64,000 bases of DNA from an uncultured Acidobacteriota bacterium (GCA_963702425.1 CAVPCQ010000006.1:256001-320000), one strand, 5' to 3'; shown: positions 32,044-43,591, counted from the first letter of the stretch. Translations and numbers: made by a program. Notes: a model not told the origin generated them from the sequence alone.

Positions 32044-33495
32044 TCAGCGGGCCGAAATCGTCGCCACGAGGTCCAGCGACCCCGCCGGCTGGCGGAGCGG
32101 GGAGATCCGCAGTTCGGGGGGGAGCTTGCGGAACGCGTGGGAGTCTCCGACGACGACCGCGTGCCCGCCGTTCGCGGCGACCCAGGCCGGCAGGTCGGTC
32201 AGCTCGAGGTCCGCGGCCGAACGGTCCTTCCGCGCGGCGCATCCGGGTGGTCAGGATCGGCCGCCGCAGGTAGAAGGCCAGACCCGGCGGGTACTGCGTC
32301 CGGAGGACCACGACCGGGTCCTCGGGGCCAAAGCCGCCGGTCGTCAGCTCCTCCCGCGCCACGCGCGCCACGTCGGCCGAGTTCTCGATGCTCTTCGTGA
32401 ATCGCTCGGGCTCCCGGCGCAGCTCCGCCAGCAGGGTCGCCAGCAGGACCACCACCGCGATGCCGGCGGCGCGCCGCGGCGGGGCCCACGCACGCGAAAC
32501 GCCGCGCAACGCTCACCCCGGCAGGAACCGCGATCCCGAGGATCAGCGGGACGGTATAGAACGGCATCCGGCTCGTGCTCAGCGTGAAGACGGACCAGTC
32601 CCGCCAGGATCCAGCCGACGAGCAACCGCCGCAGCGCCCGACCGCCGTCCACCGCGGGCGGCTCGCGCAGCGCCGCGAGACCCCACGGGGCCCACGGGAG
32701 CGCCCCGCCAACGAGTGTCAGCAGCGGCAGCCAGACCGGGCCGGCACGGTTGAAGCGGTTCGTGAAGACGCGATCGATCACTTCCGCTCCGAGGAACATC
32801 CGCAGCCGCGACGGATCGTCCACGATCATGGCCGCGTACCAGCCGAGCCCGACGACGGCGAAGAGGACCGCGGACACGGCGTCGATCCAGCGCTCGCCGG
32901 TGCGCGGCCCGGCGCGCAGCGGCCAGGCCAACGCCACGCCCGCGAGTGGCAGCAGCCCGGGCGGCCCCTTCGTGAGGAACGCCGCGCCGAGCGCCAGCCA
33001 CATCCAGCGCACGGCCGCGCGGCGCGATGCCGGGTCGGTCAGCGCGCGCGCCGCGCAGGCGATCGCCACCGCCTCGGCGGCGGCGAGCACTGCATCGGTC
33101 GACAGCACGCTGGCGGCGGCGAACGGCAGCAGCGACGTGGCCAGCGCCAGCGCCGCGCCCGTTCCCGTGCGCGCGTCGCCGCCCCAGCGGCGGCCGAGGG
33201 CGAAGGCGGCGACGATCGACGTCGTGAACGCGAGCGCGAGCCCGGCCCGCGCACCCCACTCGTTCTGGCCGAAGAGCCCCATGCCCGCCGCCGAGAGCCA
33301 GTAGGTCAGCGGCGGCTTCGTCAGGTGCGGCCGGCCGTCGAGCGTCGGATACCAGGGGTTGCGCGCGACCAGCATCTCGCGGGACGCCTCGCCGTAGCGC
33401 CCTTCGTCCGGATCGGCGAGCGGGCGCGTGCCGAGGAAGAGCACGCTCCACCCGAGCGCCGCGAGGACCAGCAGCGCGGACCGCCGACGACTCAC
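32044..33495 (-). CDS. ArnT/PMT-family (GT-C) glycosyltransferase, several frameshifts
   Basis: DPDEGRYGEASREM, KPPLTYW, EWGAR, FLTKGP, multiple TM helices. Confidence 0.8.
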
Positions 33496-34482
33496 GCTCG
33501 CGCCGCCCGCGATCGCTCGAAGCGCTCCGCGAGCGCGGCAACGAAGGCCGGGTGGTCGGTCACGGTCGGGACGCGGACGAAGTTCTCGCCGCCCGCGTGA
33601 TGGAAGGTCTCGGCCCCCTGCGCGCCGATCTCCTCGATCGTCTCGAGCCCTTCGGTCAGGAACCCCGGCGTGACGACCGCCACGGACCGGACCCCGCGCC
33701 GCGGCAGTTCCTCGAGCAGTGCGGCCGTCGCCGGCGCGAGCCAGCGTTCGGGACCGAACCGCGACTGGTAGGCCAGGGTCGCCTGCGCGGGATCCCACCC
33801 GAGCCGGGCCAGCAGCGCGTCGGTGGTGCAGGCGGCAGTCGGCCTGGTAGCGTCCCTTTCTCGCGCCGGTCGTAGCGCGCGGGGATCCCGTGGAACGAGA
33901 CGACGAGGTGCCCGGGGCGTACGCCGGCCGCAGCGAACGCCGCCTCGCAGCGCGCCCGCCTGGGCCTCGATGAAGCCCGGGGCGTCGGGCGCGACGAGCG
34001 ACCGACGGACCCGCGCCGGCCCGCCCCGCGCGCCGTTCTCGCGCGCCATCCGGGCCGCGAGCCGCAGGATCGTCCCGGTGGCCGAGCTGGTGCGGTGCGC
34101 GAAGAGCGGGACGAGGTAGATCTCGCGCTCTCCCTCCGCGAGGCCGCGCTCGAGCTCGGTCCGCGAGCGACGGCCGGCCGTAGCGGTAGGCGATCCGCAC
34201 CTCCGCCGTGTCGCCCAGCTGCGCCGCGAGCGCGTCGGCGACCCGCTGCGTGCCGACCGCCAGCGGCGAGCCCCCGGCCTCCCAGATCGTGCGGTAGAGC
34301 GCGGCGACGCGCGCCGGACGGCGGCGCAGGACGATGCCGCGCAGGACCGGCTGCCAGAACCACCGCGGGTAGTCGACGACGTCGGGATCCGACAGGAACT
34401 CCGCGAGAAACGCCCGGACCGCGTCCGCGTCGGGACGCTCCGGGGTGCCGAGGTTGACGACGAGGGCGAGCGGTCGATTCAT
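33492..34482 (-). CDS. hemH: Ferrochelatase (several frameshifts)
   Basis: VNLGTPE, FLAEFLSDPDV, GSPL, YRYG, SFHGIP, YQSRFGPERWLAP, PGFLTEGLETIEEI. Confidence 0.88.
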
Positions 34483-34552
34483 GCGTCGGGTCGCGGGATC
34501 GCAGCGCCTGCATCCGCTCGACCCGCTGCGCGCATCATGCCATTCTCGCGCC

Positions 34553-35050
34553 GTGCATGCTCTCGCGCTGTCGGCCGGACTGCTCCTCGCCGGCGCACTC
34601 CTCGCGGGGTGCGAGCCGCCGGCTCCCGCGCCCCCCGCGGCTGCAACGCCGGCCCCCGCTCCGTCACTCGCCCCCTCGACGCCCGCCACCGCGCCCGCGC
34701 CAGTCCCGAGCGCCGCGGTCGACGCCGCCGGGGCGCCGGTTGCGCCGGCCGATCTGGCGTGGCCGAAGGGGTTCGTGCTGCGGCGCAGCGGCGCGATCGG
34801 CGGCAGCGTCGCCCCCGCGGCGTGGTTCGAGTTCGCGGCCGAGAACTCGGGTCCAGTCGATGCGGCCCGGCACACGCTCGACGCCCTCGCCGCCGCGGCT
34901 GGACCGAACGCCCTATCGGACCTCGCGCCGGCGGCAGACGGCCGGAGTGCGATCGGGCAGGTCCGGGGGCCGAAGCTCTCGGCCGTGGTCGCAGCGTCCG
35001 CCGACGGGAGCGGCGCCACGGTGCGGGTCACGCTCGAGCCGCTGCGCTGA
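34553..35050 (+). CDS. Putative lipoprotein with Pro/Ala linker
   Basis: Lipobox LLAGC followed by PA-rich tether. Confidence 0.6.
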   Translation: MHALALSAGLLLAGALLAGCEPPAPAPPAAATPAPAPSLAPSTPATAPAPVPSAAVDAAGAPVAPADLAWPKGFVLRRSGAIGGSVAPAAWFEFAAENSGPVDAARHTLDALAAAAGPNALSDLAPAADGRSAIGQVRGPKLSAVVAASADGSGATVRVTLEPLR

Positions 35051-35083
35051 GACGCGCCCCTGCGCGGCCGTCGCCAGCCGGCC

Positions 35084-36934
35084 TCAGCGCCCCAGCGTCC
35101 AGCCGCGCACGACCGCGTGCGTCGCTTCCAGGCGCGCGAGGACGTCGATCCACTGCTGGCGCTCGCCGGCGCGGTCGTGAGCCTGCCGCGCCGCGACCAG
35201 GTGCTCGCGTGCGCGGCTATACCGGCGCGCGTCCCCCTCGGCGAGCAGGCGCCCGGCGAGGTGCAGGTGGAGCCGCCCCGCGACGCGCGGGCTCCCCGCC
35301 TCGGCCACCGTGGCGGCCCGCGCCAGCGCCTCGGGCGAGGCCGCCAGCACGAACCCCGGCGAGTCCTCGAGGCGGTGCGCGAGCCGCTCGAGCTCGTCGG
35401 CGGCGAGGCAGACCTCGACGAACGCGGAAGCGTCCGACCCGGCCTCGGCGTGGTCGAGCGCACGACGGCGCCATTCGTGCCGCTCGTGCTCGTCGACGAC
35501 CTCGAGCAGACGCCGGTAGCTCGCCTCTCCCGGCTCGGCGAGGAACCCCTCCCACGCCGCTTCGATCGCCTCGCGCCGCCGGTCGAGCCGCGACAGCAGC
35601 GCGATCCGCAGGTCGTCGATCTCGGCCCGGGCGCTTCCGGTCGCGCGGCGGCGGCCCCGATCGACCCAGCGCAGCGCGTCCTGCAGCCGCCCCTCGTGCG
35701 ACAGCCGCGTCGCAGCGGCGAGGATCTCGGAGCCGTGCGCCCCCTCCGGGTCGCAGCTCTCGAGAAACGCATCGAGGTCGCTCCGGGCCTCCGCCACCTC
35801 GCGCAGGGCCGCGCGGACGCGCTGGGAGACGGGGTCGCTCCCGGCCTCGGCACCTTCCCCGAAGAGCGACCCCGAGCGCGTCGCCGAGCGTGCCTCGAGC
35901 ACGGGGCGCAGCAGCCCCTGCAGCGTCTCCAGCCCGATCGGCCCGAGCGTGTCGCGGGCCTCGAGGACCAGGCCGGCGAACGACCTCCCTCCGTCCTCCA
36001 TCAGCCAGCCGAAGATCTCGCGCGCCAGCTCCGGCCGGTCGCGTGCGGGCAGATCGGACCAGCGGCGGGACCAGTCGAAGAGGATATCGCGGGTCGCCAA
36101 CGCCAGAGCGCCGTCGCGGTCATCGGCTTCGTCGATCCGCTCCCAGGTCATCCACGCCGTCTCGAGCAGCAGCTCGAGCGCCAGCTCGGGCTGGCCGCCG
36201 ACGACCAGCCGCCCGACGGAGGCCGCGATCTCGCGCATGTCGGCCGCGACCCGAGGCGACTCCCAGCGCGTCAGCGGACGCCCCGGCCGCAGGGCCGCGC
36301 GTGCCGCCTGCCGGAACAGGCGCAGGTCGAGGTTGGCGGGATCGCCGGCGCGCGTCGTGAGCCGTGTCTCGAGCAGCGCGTCGGCGGCGGCGAGTTCGGC
36401 CAGGACCTCGCAGAGCTCGGCCTTGGGAAAGCCGAGCAGGCGGTCGCGCAAGACCCGCCACCGCTCGGCCCGCTCGGTGCGATCGACCTGGGCCTCGGAC
36501 GGGGCCTCTGGCCGCGGCGGCGGCACGAGCACCCCTTCCGCCTCCTCTCGCGCGGCCGGCACGGCGGCCGGAGTGCCCGGCCCTTCCGACTGCGGGGTCC
36601 CCCGCGACATCCCGGCGAGCCGCTCGACCGCCTCGGGGTCCCCGACCAGGGAGAGCAGCACCGCTCCGACGTGCCAGCAGGTCCCGCGGGGATAGGGGCA
36701 GGAACACTCCGCTTCGAGCTCTCCGTCGTGCAGCCGGATCACGCAGTGGTAGGGCACGTCCCGCGACCCGGCGACGTGCGCCCGCAGCGCGACCCCGTCG
36801 ACCCAGACCTCCTCGATCCGGCCGTCTTGCGCGTAGTCCGTGGCCCGCCGGGCGATGTGGTCCCGGCCCAGGAGCGCCGTGACGTCGGCCGCGGTCATCT
36901 GCTGGATGTGGCGGATCACCGGGTGGGACGTCAC
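35084..36934 (-). CDS. SWIM zinc-finger domain protein
   Basis: AHVAGS…Y…CSCPYPRGTCWHVGAVL, followed by helical repeats. Confidence 0.8.
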   Translation of the reverse strand: MTSHPVIRHIQQMTAADVTALLGRDHIARRATDYAQDGRIEEVWVDGVALRAHVAGSRDVPYHCVIRLHDGELEAECSCPYPRGTCWHVGAVLLSLVGDPEAVERLAGMSRGTPQSEGPGTPAAVPAAREEAEGVLVPPPRPEAPSEAQVDRTERAERWRVLRDRLLGFPKAELCEVLAELAAADALLETRLTTRAGDPANLDLRLFRQAARAALRPGRPLTRWESPRVAADMREIAASVGRLVVGGQPELALELLLETAWMTWERIDEADDRDGALALATRDILFDWSRRWSDLPARDRPELAREIFGWLMEDGGRSFAGLVLEARDTLGPIGLETLQGLLRPVLEARSATRSGSLFGEGAEAGSDPVSQRVRAALREVAEARSDLDAFLESCDPEGAHGSEILAAATRLSHEGRLQDALRWVDRGRRRATGSARAEIDDLRIALLSRLDRRREAIEAAWEGFLAEPGEASYRRLLEVVDEHERHEWRRRALDHAEAGSDASAFVEVCLAADELERLAHRLEDSPGFVLAASPEALARAATVAEAGSPRVAGRLHLHLAGRLLAEGDARRYSRAREHLVAARQAHDRAGERQQWIDVLARLEATHAVVRGWTLGR

Positions 36935-37031
36935 AGGGCCTCCGGCAGAGCGTTCCGACCGCGCCGCGGCCGGGTCGGCGGGGCAAGCCTCCCGCAGAGC
37001 AGGAACCTATCTTCCCACGGGGCTGTTGACG

Positions 37032-39992
37032 ATGGCTCGTGTCCCTTCCGGCAAGGCCCAGTGGGCCGCCCTGCGTGGCGACTACGCCACGGCGGGTGAG
37101 CTCTATCGCCTCTCCGGCAGGCTCGACCGGGCGCTCGAGATGTACCAGCGCGCGCGCCAGCACCGGCCGGCGGCCGAAGTCGCGGCCGAGCTGGGCGAGC
37201 ATGCGGTCGCCTCGCGCGAGTTCGAGCTCTCAGGCCTGTTCCTCGACGCCGCCGAAGCGGCGCTGCGCGCCGGCGATCGCGAGCGGGCCGCGCGGATGTT
37301 CGTCGAGGCCGGCCAGGCGCGCCGCGCGGCCGAAATCCTCGAGGCCGGCGGCCGTCTCGCCGACGCCGCCGCGCTCTACGACCACGCCGGCGACCCGTTG
37401 CGCGCGACCCGCCTCTACCTCGACGCGCGCCAGGGGGAGAAGGCGGAGCGCACGCTCGAGGCCGTGCTGAAGTCCGGGACCGGGTTCCAGGAAGCGCGCG
37501 AGGTCCCCGCGCTCGCCGCCCGCTGCGGCCAGCTGCTGCTCGCGAGCGGGTTTCCCGATCGTGCGGCGCTCTGGTACGAGCGCGCCGGACGACCGGGGGA
37601 CGCGGCTCGGGCCTGGGAGCGCGCGGGGCGCCCGGCGGCGGCGATCGAGTCGCTGCTGGCCGCCGGCTCGATCGAGCGCGCCGTCGAGGTCGCGGAGACG
37701 ACCGGCCCGGGTGAGGTCGACTCCGCGCTGCTCGCCGCCGCTTTCCGCGCGGCCGGTCGTTGGGCCGAAGCCGCGTCGCTCTACCTGGAGGCGGGTCAGC
37801 CCGCGGTCGCCGCCGAGTGTCTCGAGCGGCTGGGATGCCTGGTCGAGGCCGCCTCGGCCTACGAGGCGGCGGGCGACCTGCTCGCGGCGGCCGCGGCGCA
37901 GGAGCGGACCGGGAACACCGAGTCCGCGGCCGATCTCTACCGGCGCCACGGCGCGCTGCACGACGCGGCGCGCTGCTACCGGACCTGCGGCCGGCTGGCC
38001 GAGGCGGCGGCGCTGTACGAGGAGGCCCGCGATCGGCTCTCCGCGGCCGAGGTGCTCGAGGACCTCGGGGACCCGGACCGCGCGATCCAGCTGCTGCAAT
38101 CGATCCCGGCCGACGACGATCGCGCCGTCGCCGCCTCATTGCAGCTCGCCCGCCTGCTCGAGAAGAAAGGGATGGACCCGCTGGCGGTCGACCACTACCG
38201 CCGGGCGCTCGCCGCGCAGCTCTCGCCGCGGCAGGCGGCCGACACCTGGTACCTCCTGGCTGCCAACCTCGAGCGCAATGGGCGCTTCCGGGAATCGACG
38301 CAGGCGCTGCGTCGTGTCCTGGCGCTCGACATCCACTACCGCGACGCCGCCACGCGGCTAGCGGCGCTGGAAGCGAAGAACGGCCAGACGGCCGGACCCC
38401 GCACCCCGCTGGCGGACCGCTACCGGATCGACGGCGAGCTGCCGCACCTCGGGCCGGGGCGCTCGCTCGTGGCGTGGGACGCCGTGATGGCGCGCCCGGT
38501 GATCCTCCGCCGACTCGGCCCCGAGACCGTACCCGAGGGACCGGCTACCGAGCGCGTGCTGGCCGACGTGCGCCGTACCGCGCGCCTGCATCACCCGATC
38601 ATCGCCGCGATCCACGAGGCCGGCCGTGACGAGCAGGGAGTGTTCATCGTCGAGGAGCACGTCGCGGGACAACCGCTGCGGCACCTTCTGCTTCACGAAG
38701 GGCCGCTCGATGTGCCGCGCGCGGTGCACCTGCTGACCCAGCTCGCCGAGGCGCTCGATTACGCGCACGGATTGGGGCTGCTGGCGCGGACGCTGCGCCC
38801 CGACACGGTCTTCGTCACCCCCGCCGGCGACGCGCGGATCGTCGACTTCGGCCTTGCGCTGAGGGCGGCCGAGGGGCAGTCCCCGGGGGCGGCCTATCGC
38901 CCACCCGAGGCTGGCCGCGCCGAGCGGATGGACCCCTCCTCGGACATCTACCTCATCGGGGTCCTGACCTGGGAGATGCTCTTCGGCTCGCCGCCACCGG
39001 TCCCGGCTCCCGGTCAGCTCGACCCGCCCCAAGTCCCGAATCTCCCGGAGCGCCCGCTGCCGGAGGTGCTGCGGCGGGTCCTGTCGGAGTGCCTCGCCCC
39101 CGACCGCGCGCAGCGGATCGGCTCGGCCCAGAAGCTGCTGGAGGAGCTGCACGGCACCAACCTGCTCCCCGGCGCACTGCTGGCCAACCGCTACGAGATC
39201 CGGCGCGAGCTGGGACGCGGCGGGATGGGGACCGTTTTCGCCGCGCGCGACCTCGTGCTCGACGAGCCGGTCGCGCTCAAAGTGCTGGCCGGTCCGCTCG
39301 ACGAAGGGACCGAGCGGCGCTTCGTGCAAGAGATCCGCCTGGCCCGTCAGATCAACCACCCCAATATCGTGCGCGTCCACACCCTCGAACGCTGGCGCGA
39401 GCTGCGCTTCATCGTGATGGAGTACATCGACGGGGTGGACCTGCGCCGGTGGTCGGCCGGCAAGCAGCCGATCCCGCTCGGCAAGGCGCTCGAGATCCTG
39501 GCCGGCGTCGCGGCCGGACTGTCGGCCGCGCACCGGCTGGGGATCGTGCACCGCGACGTGAAGCCCGAAAACGTGCTGATCGACCCCGACGCCCGGCCGC
39601 GGCTGGTCGACTTCGGGATCGCGCGGCAGGGCGATGTCCACCTGACCCGCGAGGGGCTCGTGATGGGCTCGCCGGCCTACATGGCGCCGGAGCAGATCCG
39701 CGGCGAGGCCGCCGACACCCGGGCCGACCTCTACGCGCTCGGCGTGCTGGCGTACTTCCTGATCGCGGGGCGCGAGCCGTTCGCCTCGGAGAACGTCGCC
39801 GAGGTCCTGCGCGACCAGCTGGAGACGCCTCCCCCGCCGCTCCACGCGCTGCGCCCCGGCGTGCCGCTCCCGATCGAGGAGCTGGTCGCCCGGCTGCTGG
39901 CCAAGGACCCCAACCGCCGCCCCTCGTCGATCTTCGCCTTCCTCGAGGAGCTGGCCGCGGTCCGGTCCGGAATGACGGTCGTCATGGCGTAG
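37032..39992 (+). CDS. TPR-repeat protein with tandem Ser/Thr kinase domains
   Basis: Long TPR/SNAP-like array; domain 2 has GRGGMG, VALK, HRDVKPEN, DFG, YMAPE; domain 1 degenerate. Confidence 0.9.
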   Translation: MARVPSGKAQWAALRGDYATAGELYRLSGRLDRALEMYQRARQHRPAAEVAAELGEHAVASREFELSGLFLDAAEAALRAGDRERAARMFVEAGQARRAAEILEAGGRLADAAALYDHAGDPLRATRLYLDARQGEKAERTLEAVLKSGTGFQEAREVPALAARCGQLLLASGFPDRAALWYERAGRPGDAARAWERAGRPAAAIESLLAAGSIERAVEVAETTGPGEVDSALLAAAFRAAGRWAEAASLYLEAGQPAVAAECLERLGCLVEAASAYEAAGDLLAAAAAQERTGNTESAADLYRRHGALHDAARCYRTCGRLAEAAALYEEARDRLSAAEVLEDLGDPDRAIQLLQSIPADDDRAVAASLQLARLLEKKGMDPLAVDHYRRALAAQLSPRQAADTWYLLAANLERNGRFRESTQALRRVLALDIHYRDAATRLAALEAKNGQTAGPRTPLADRYRIDGELPHLGPGRSLVAWDAVMARPVILRRLGPETVPEGPATERVLADVRRTARLHHPIIAAIHEAGRDEQGVFIVEEHVAGQPLRHLLLHEGPLDVPRAVHLLTQLAEALDYAHGLGLLARTLRPDTVFVTPAGDARIVDFGLALRAAEGQSPGAAYRPPEAGRAERMDPSSDIYLIGVLTWEMLFGSPPPVPAPGQLDPPQVPNLPERPLPEVLRRVLSECLAPDRAQRIGSAQKLLEELHGTNLLPGALLANRYEIRRELGRGGMGTVFAARDLVLDEPVALKVLAGPLDEGTERRFVQEIRLARQINHPNIVRVHTLERWRELRFIVMEYIDGVDLRRWSAGKQPIPLGKALEILAGVAAGLSAAHRLGIVHRDVKPENVLIDPDARPRLVDFGIARQGDVHLTREGLVMGSPAYMAPEQIRGEAADTRADLYALGVLAYFLIAGREPFASENVAEVLRDQLETPPPPLHALRPGVPLPIEELVARLLAKDPNRRPSSIFAFLEELAAVRSGMTVVMA

Positions 39993-40016
39993 TAGACTGG
40001 CCTCCCTTCCCGGGAG

Positions 40017-41419
40017 GTGTCCCGCTTGAAGACGATCATCGAGCCGTTCCGGATCAAGTGCGTCGAACCGATCGGCATGAGTACCGCCGCCGAACGCGAG
40101 GCCGCGCTGGCGCGCGCGGCCTGGAACCTCTTTCGGCTGCGGGCCGCGGAGATCACGATCGACCTGCTCACCGACTCCGGCACCGGCTCGATGAGCTCGA
40201 CGCAGTGGGCGGCGATGATGCTGGGCGACGAGTCGTACGCCGGCGCGCGCTCGTGGGAGCGGTTCGAGGCGGCGGTGAAGGAGATCTTCGGCTTCGCCGA
40301 GGTGATCCCGACGCACCAGGGGCGCGCGGCGGAGCGGATCCTCTTCACGACCGTCCTGAAGCCCGGCGACGTCGTGCCGTCCAACACCCACTTCGATACG
40401 ACGCGGGCCAATATCGAGGCGACCGGGGCGAAGGCGGTCGACCTGCTGATCCCCGAAGGGCTGCAGCCGGGGCTCGATCCACCCCTTCAAGGGGAACATG
40501 GACGTGACGCGCCTCTCACAGCTGATCGACGAGAGCGGCCGCGAGAACGTGCCGCTCGTCATGCTGACGATCACCAACAACTCGGGCGGCGGACAGCCGG
40601 TATCGCTGGCCAACGTCCGCGCCGTCTCGGCGGTCTGCCGGACGCATCGGATCCCGTTCTACATCGACGCCTGCCGTTTCGCCGAGAACGCCTGGTTCAT
40701 CAAGACGCGCGAGGAGGGGCAGGCCGGGCGCTCGCCGCTCGAGATCGCGCGCGAGGTCTTCGCGCTGGCCGACGGCTGCACGATGTCGGCCAAGAAGGAC
40801 GGGATCGCCAACATCGGCGGGTTCCTGTGCACCAACGACACCGAGCTCGCGCGGCGGCTCAAGGACCTGCTGATCCTGACCGAGGGGTTCCCGACCTACG
40901 GCGGGCTCGCGGGACGAGACCTGGACGCGATCGCGGTCGGGCTGCACGAGGCGCTCGACGAGGACTACCTGCGCTACCGGATCGTCTCGACCCAGTACGT
41001 CGCCGACCACATCGCCGCGCTGGGGGTGCCGATCGTGCAGCCTCCCGGCGGCCACGCGGTCTTCATCGACGCCCGGGCGATGCTCCCGCAGATCCCCGCG
41101 CTGGAGTACCCCGGCCAGGCACTGGCCTGCGAGATGTACCGCGTCGGCGGGATCCGCAGCTGCGAGATCGGCTCGGTCATGTTCGCCTCGAAGGACCCGG
41201 CCACCGGCGCGGAACTGGCCGCGCCGATGGAGCTGGTGCGGCTGGCGATCCCGCGCCGCGTCTACACCCAGTCGCACATGGACTTCGTGGTCGAGGCGAT
41301 CGGCGAGGTCCAGGCCCGCAAGGACGCGGCTCCGCGGGGTGAAGATCGTCGAGCAGGCACCGTTCCTGCGACACTTCACCGCGCGCTTCGAGCCGCTCGG
41401 AGGACCTGCCGCAGGCTGA
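40017..41419 (+). CDS. tnaA: Tryptophanase (beta-eliminating lyase; frameshifts near 40485 and 41330)
   Basis: EPFRIK, IDLLTDSGT, THQGRAAE, TNNSGGGQPVS, MSAKKD PLP lysine, RLAIPRRVYT, LRHFTARF; tyrosine phenol-lyase not excluded. Confidence 0.8.
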
Positions 41420-41601
41420 CCGTCCGCGCGGCGCACCCCGCGGCCGGGCGATTGCCCCCGCGGGACGTCGCGCGGCAACGACGCCGGGCGCCCCCCGCCG
41501 CAGCATTGCGCCCGACGGCGGCCTCCCCCGGCTTCCCGGCACGCAGCCCCCTGTTCATCGCAGCCCGCACCGGCCACCCTCGCGCCCGGGAGGACGCTTC
41601 G

Positions 41602-42720
41602 ATGGCGCGACGGACCGACGACTTGCGGCAGGCGGTGGGAGCCGCCCTCCGGCGGCTGCGGAACCAGGGGCACTTTTCTCTCGACGACGTCCAGCACGGG
41701 ACCACCGAGCAGGGCGTGCGCGTCACGCGTTCCCACCTGTCGCGCGTCGAGACCGGGCAGGCCGAGCTCTCGCTGGCCCGGTTCCTGGCGCTCGTGCGGG
41801 TGCTCGGCGAGCCGGCCGGCGAGGTGACGGAATCGCTGGCGGCGCTGGTCGACGGGGCCCGCGAGCCGGACGCTCCGGACGACGACCGGATCGGACTGGC
41901 GATGCAGCTCGCCGATCCGGCGCGTGCGGCGATGCTGTTCCGGGCTGCGGTGGCCCGCGGCGCGGGGGAGTTGACCGAGGAGGTCCTGTCCCGCTGGGCC
42001 GACGTCGAGGCGGCGCTCGGCCGCTGGGCGGCCTGCGAGCGCGCCCTGTCGATGGCCCTCGGGCCGGCCACGCGCGGCGAGCCGCGCCGCCTGCTACGCC
42101 TCGCGGTGGCGCACCTCGGCGCCGGCCGGCCGGGACTGGCGTTCGCGCTCGGCCGGGCTTCGCGTGGCGGTTCCGCGGCCGGCCGCGCGCTCGAGGCCGC
42201 GGCGCTCCTGGAAGCGGGGCGCTGCGCGGAGGCGGCGGAGGGGCTCGAGTCCGGCCGCGACGGCGAGGCCGAGGGGTTGCACCTGCTGCTGCTCGGCGAG
42301 GCGAGGCGCCGCGGCGGGCAGCCGCGTGCGGCGCTGCACGCGCTGCGCGCCGCACTCGAGCGCGGCGTGGCCGACGTCGCGCGGGCCGAGGCCCTGATCG
42401 TCGAGGCGCGCGTCTTCGCGGACCTCCGCCGGGCCGGTCCCGGGCTGCGCGCGGCGCGTGAGGCGCGCACGCTCGCCCGGCGGCTCGGCCGCTCGGAGAT
42501 GCTGGCCCGGACGCACTTCGAAGCCGCGCGCCTGCACAAGCTCGCAGGCGAGCCCGACGAGGCGCGGGCCGCGCTGCGGGCAGCACGCGTGCTGCTCGGG
42601 AGGCTGGGCACCGACCGCCGCGCGCCACGCGCGCTGCCGCTCCAGGCGCTGTGGGCCGCGGGGCGGGCGGCGGACGAGGTTGGTCCGGCTGACCAGCGGG
42701 AGGACCCGGACGGCTCCTAG
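41602..42720 (+). CDS. XRE-family HTH regulator with TPR-like C-terminus
   Basis: GAALRRLR…SLDDV…SHLSRVETG HTH; GGAGG RBS before ATG 41602. Confidence 0.75.
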   Translation: MARRTDDLRQAVGAALRRLRNQGHFSLDDVQHGTTEQGVRVTRSHLSRVETGQAELSLARFLALVRVLGEPAGEVTESLAALVDGAREPDAPDDDRIGLAMQLADPARAAMLFRAAVARGAGELTEEVLSRWADVEAALGRWAACERALSMALGPATRGEPRRLLRLAVAHLGAGRPGLAFALGRASRGGSAAGRALEAAALLEAGRCAEAAEGLESGRDGEAEGLHLLLLGEARRRGGQPRAALHALRAALERGVADVARAEALIVEARVFADLRRAGPGLRAAREARTLARRLGRSEMLARTHFEAARLHKLAGEPDEARAALRAARVLLGRLGTDRRAPRALPLQALWAAGRAADEVGPADQREDPDGS

Positions 42721-43351
42721 CGCGCCAGGCCGAGCAGCGGGACCAACGCGGACAGCTCGTCGATCCGGGCATCCGCCTGGATGCGGTACCCGACGACCGC
42801 GAACGCCCGCCGCGCGCCCGGCGGCCACGTCGAGCTGGGTGTCTCCCACGAGCACGGCCTCGTCCGGCGCCAGGCCGAGCCGCTCGAGGGCCAGCAGGAC
42901 CAGCGCCGGATCGGGCTTCCCGCGCGGCACCTCGTCGCCGCCCGCGATCGTCCGGACGATGCGCCAGCAGCCCGAGCTGGGACAGCACGCGCCGGGTCAG
43001 CGCCACCGGCGAGTTGGTGACCACCGCGATCGGGACGCCGGCCGCCGCGATCGCGGCGACCGTCTCGGGCGCCCCGGCGATCGCGCGCACGAGCCCGAGG
43101 TGCTCCAGGAACCCCTCGTCGTACTCGCAGGCGAGGCGCGCGACCTCCTCGCCCGGAAAGAAGGTCCGCACGTCGGCCGCGATCCCCTGCCCCCAGGATT
43201 CCCGCACCGGAGCCGGACCGAGGGGCGCGAGGCCGCGCCGCACCCGGCAGCCGTCGAGCACGGCGACCCAGGCGTCGAAGCTGTCGGCCAGCACGCCGTC
43301 GAGGTCGAAGAGGACGCCCTTCGGGGGGCGCGGGAGAGCGGGTGCCGTCAC
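42717..43351 (-). CDS. HAD-family hydrolase (frameshifted)
   Basis: LFDLDGVL, VVTNS, GKPDP, VGDTQLD across frames. Confidence 0.8.
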
Positions 43352-43536
43352 GGCGGAGTCTCCATCGCCACGGTGGCGCCGTGGGTCGGCCATTCTGCAA
43401 TGCTGCGAGGCCGGTCGTCGCGCCCGCCCAATCGGGGTCGATTGGCTTAATCACCGGCTCGCATCGGTCGTTTCACCGGGTCCAGGCCGGCGCCGGAGGG
43501 GCAACGGCCACTCCGAAGAAGCGATAAGATCTTATA

Positions 43537-43549
43537 AATCAAATACTTA
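43537..43549 (+). promoter_or_regulatory. IHF binding site
   Basis: AATCAAATACTTA matches WATCAAN4TTR exactly, in an AT-rich island just upstream of a sigma54 promoter. Confidence 0.7.
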
Positions 43550-43575
43550 TAGATTACAGTCGCCATTCTCGAAGG

Positions 43576-43591
43576 AGGCACGAAAGTTGCT
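43576..43591 (+). promoter_or_regulatory. Sigma54 (-24/-12) promoter
   Basis: AGGCACGAAAGTTGCT, GG-N10-GC. Confidence 0.75.

Noticed and set aside
40498-42720. Tryptophanase-XRE regulator fusion
   Set aside because: The TnaA C-terminus (LRHFTARF) lies in another frame and stops at 41419. The XRE gene has its own RBS.
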